Below, in pieces: positions 61,891 to 64,000 of a DNA stretch of 64,000 nt. Origin of the DNA: Octopus sinensis (Eukaryota); the NCBI RefSeq assembly GCF_006345805.1, contig NC_043019.1:1736001-1800000 (forward strand), read 5' to 3'. Both the position numbers and the translations under genes were made by a program. Numbering within the stretch: position 1 is the first letter of the stretch; each line of letters opens with the position of its first letter. Under the pieces are notes generated by a model. It was not told where the DNA came from, made no database searches, and was given only the letters and a program-made list of their open reading frames with translations.

Positions 61891-62672
61891 ATATAATATA
61901 TGCTTACATGCATATCTATATGTGTATGTATATATATATATAAGAATATGTGTGTGCATATGTATATATGACACTATATATATGTGGGTATATGTATATA
62001 TGACACTATATATATGTGGGTATATGTATATATTTACATATGTATATGTGGATATATGTATATATATATCTATATGAAAATGTGTGTATAAGTATGCATA
62101 TATATGTAACTATATATATTGTATATATATTATATATATAAATATATATATATATATACATATATATGTGTGTGCAAGCATGTAAATATAAATATATATT
62201 TACATGCATGTATTTGTATATATATATTTGTGTGTGTGTGTGTGTATACATATGCATATGTATGTATATATGTAACTAAATATATGTGTGTATATATATA
62301 CATATATAGTTTCCATTATATCTCAGTATATGTATATAATGGCCGCATGGTCAGCGGAATGCAAAGAAGCATAATTCAAAGCACAATGAAATATAAAAGC
62401 CGTTATTGACCAAATTTATACATTCTAATTGAATATGAATATAAAATATTAAGTATTATATCTAAAATTAATGCTGAAAATGAGAAATAATATCATTATT
62501 GTATTAGCTGTGTCAATGTCAAACTATTTATTCTTTGAAGAGGAAGAATCGTGTAAAGTCTATCATCAGGGAATTCGGTATAAATTTGATGGTCTTTTAT
62601 GTCCCTTTATTTCGAAGAGGTGGGGTTAGGAAATGCTTAAAATATAGGTGAAGAATCATTGAATATTGTTTT

Positions 62673-63250
62673 CTACTCTAGGCACAAGACCCAAAATTCT
62701 GGGGGAGGGGAACAGTCGATTATATCCACCCCACTACGCAACTGGTACTTAATATATCGATCCCGAAAGGATGAAAGGCAAAGTCGACATCGACGGAATT
62801 TGAACTCAGGACGTAAAGACAGACGAAATATCTATTTCTTTACTACCCACAAGGGGCTAAACACAGAGAGGACAAACAAGGACAGACAAACGGATTAAGT
62901 CGATTATGTCGACCTCTGTGCGTGACTGTTACTTATTTAATTGACCCCGAAAGGATGAAAGGCAAAGTCGAACTCGTCGGAATTTGAACTCAGAACGTAA
63001 CGGCAGACGAAATATCTATTTCTTTACTACCCACAAGGAGCTAAACACAGAGAGGACAAACAAGGGCAGACAAACGGATTGAGTCGATTATATCGACCCC
63101 AGTACGCAACTGGTACTTAATATATCGACATCGAAAGGATGAAGGGCAAAGTCGACCTCGGCGGAATTTGAACTCAAAACGTTGCGGCAGACGAAATACC
63201 GCAAACCACTTCATCCGGCGTGCTAACCTTTTCGCCGGGCGTGCTAACGT
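62673..63250 (-). mobile_element. Family A SINE trimer
   Basis: ATTTGAACTC at 62798, 62982 and 63166 (period 184); partly duplicated head at 63200-63250. Confidence 0.85.
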
Positions 63251-63741
63251 ACACTCATTCAATGTAGGAGAAAGTGTTACCACGTTCATTGTTACTGGCG
63301 TCGGCGACAGAAATGCCGACTTCATGACAGATGCTCAATGCTTTGTGAATATATAAATACTGTAAAACGTGACGTGGAGGTTTACTATTATGAAGCCTGG
63401 AACGATGCTTGTGAATCTGTCATTTTATTGTCGCTATAAAGGAACGCTCTGTTTATGAACTGGCAGCAGACAACCTTGACATACCACATTAGGTCTAGCT
63501 GTCCGGAACGCAAGTGCTAAGTATTTAATTCCTCTCGTTCATACAGACTACAGGTCACATGTGTTCGTCATGCCGGCTCTATTTTAATATAATGCCATTA
63601 AATTTTCTTACGCCCATATAAAAACTGTTGCTGCTAAATTGTTCATACGCCACTAAACGATGACGGGCGTACTGATTCCATGACATCATGCCACGGCAAC
63701 CCCACCGCGATAGGTGAAAATCCACGGAATGAAAACAGCAC

Positions 63742-63960
63742 TCTACTCTTTACTTGTTTCAGTCATTCGACTGCGGCCATGCTGGAGCACCGCCTTTAGT
63801 CGAGCAAATCGACCACGGGACTTACTCTTTGTAAGCCTAGTACTTATTCTATCGGTCTGTTTTGCCGAACCGCTAAGTGACGGGGACGTAAACACACCAG
63901 CATCGGTTGTCAAGCAATGCTAGGGGGACAAACACACAAACACGTACACACACATACATA
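63742..63960 (-). mobile_element. Family C SINE 3' half
   Basis: Tail TTTACTTGTTTCAGTCATTCGACTGCGGCCATGCTGGAGCACCGCC. Confidence 0.85.
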
Positions 63961-64000
63961 TATATATATATATAGTAGTATTGGCTGATCTTATATATAT

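Noticed and set aside
63260-63356. Frame HSFNVGESVTTFIVTGVGDRNADFMTDAQCFVNI*
   Set aside because: Too short, unrecognised, and the ORF start lies in a SINE.

Overview
Very AT-rich, microsatellite-dense eukaryotic DNA. The SINE families and repeat landscape point to a cephalopod, most likely Octopus (inference). There is a 100-N scaffold gap at 37820-37919. I found no confident host protein-coding exon, intact transposase or RT, true tRNA/rRNA gene or CRISPR array, and most ORFs in the track are translated microsatellites. The window is mostly transposon remnants: three tRNA-derived SINE families, two mariner relics, two DD37D/maT relics, one DD41D-like relic, three Merlin-like MITEs with 8-bp TSDs, non-autonomous Helitrons, CR1 and RLE-type LINE fragments, and several Penelope-like (PLE) RT/GIY-YIG fragments. 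The main unexpected signal is a set of sequence-distinct, non-coding elements, terminally redundant or inverted and mostly microsatellite-flanked, that carry minimal type-I hammerhead ribozyme folds. Nearly all have a palindromic helix III (dimer-type). Supporting features include a U3-A8 core variant in two unrelated families, covarying stems between copies or sister families, and two inverted pairs that put a hammerhead on each strand. This resembles an octopus retrozyme/PLE-ribozyme system. All folds were read by eye and none were tested. SINE family labels A/B/C are my own.
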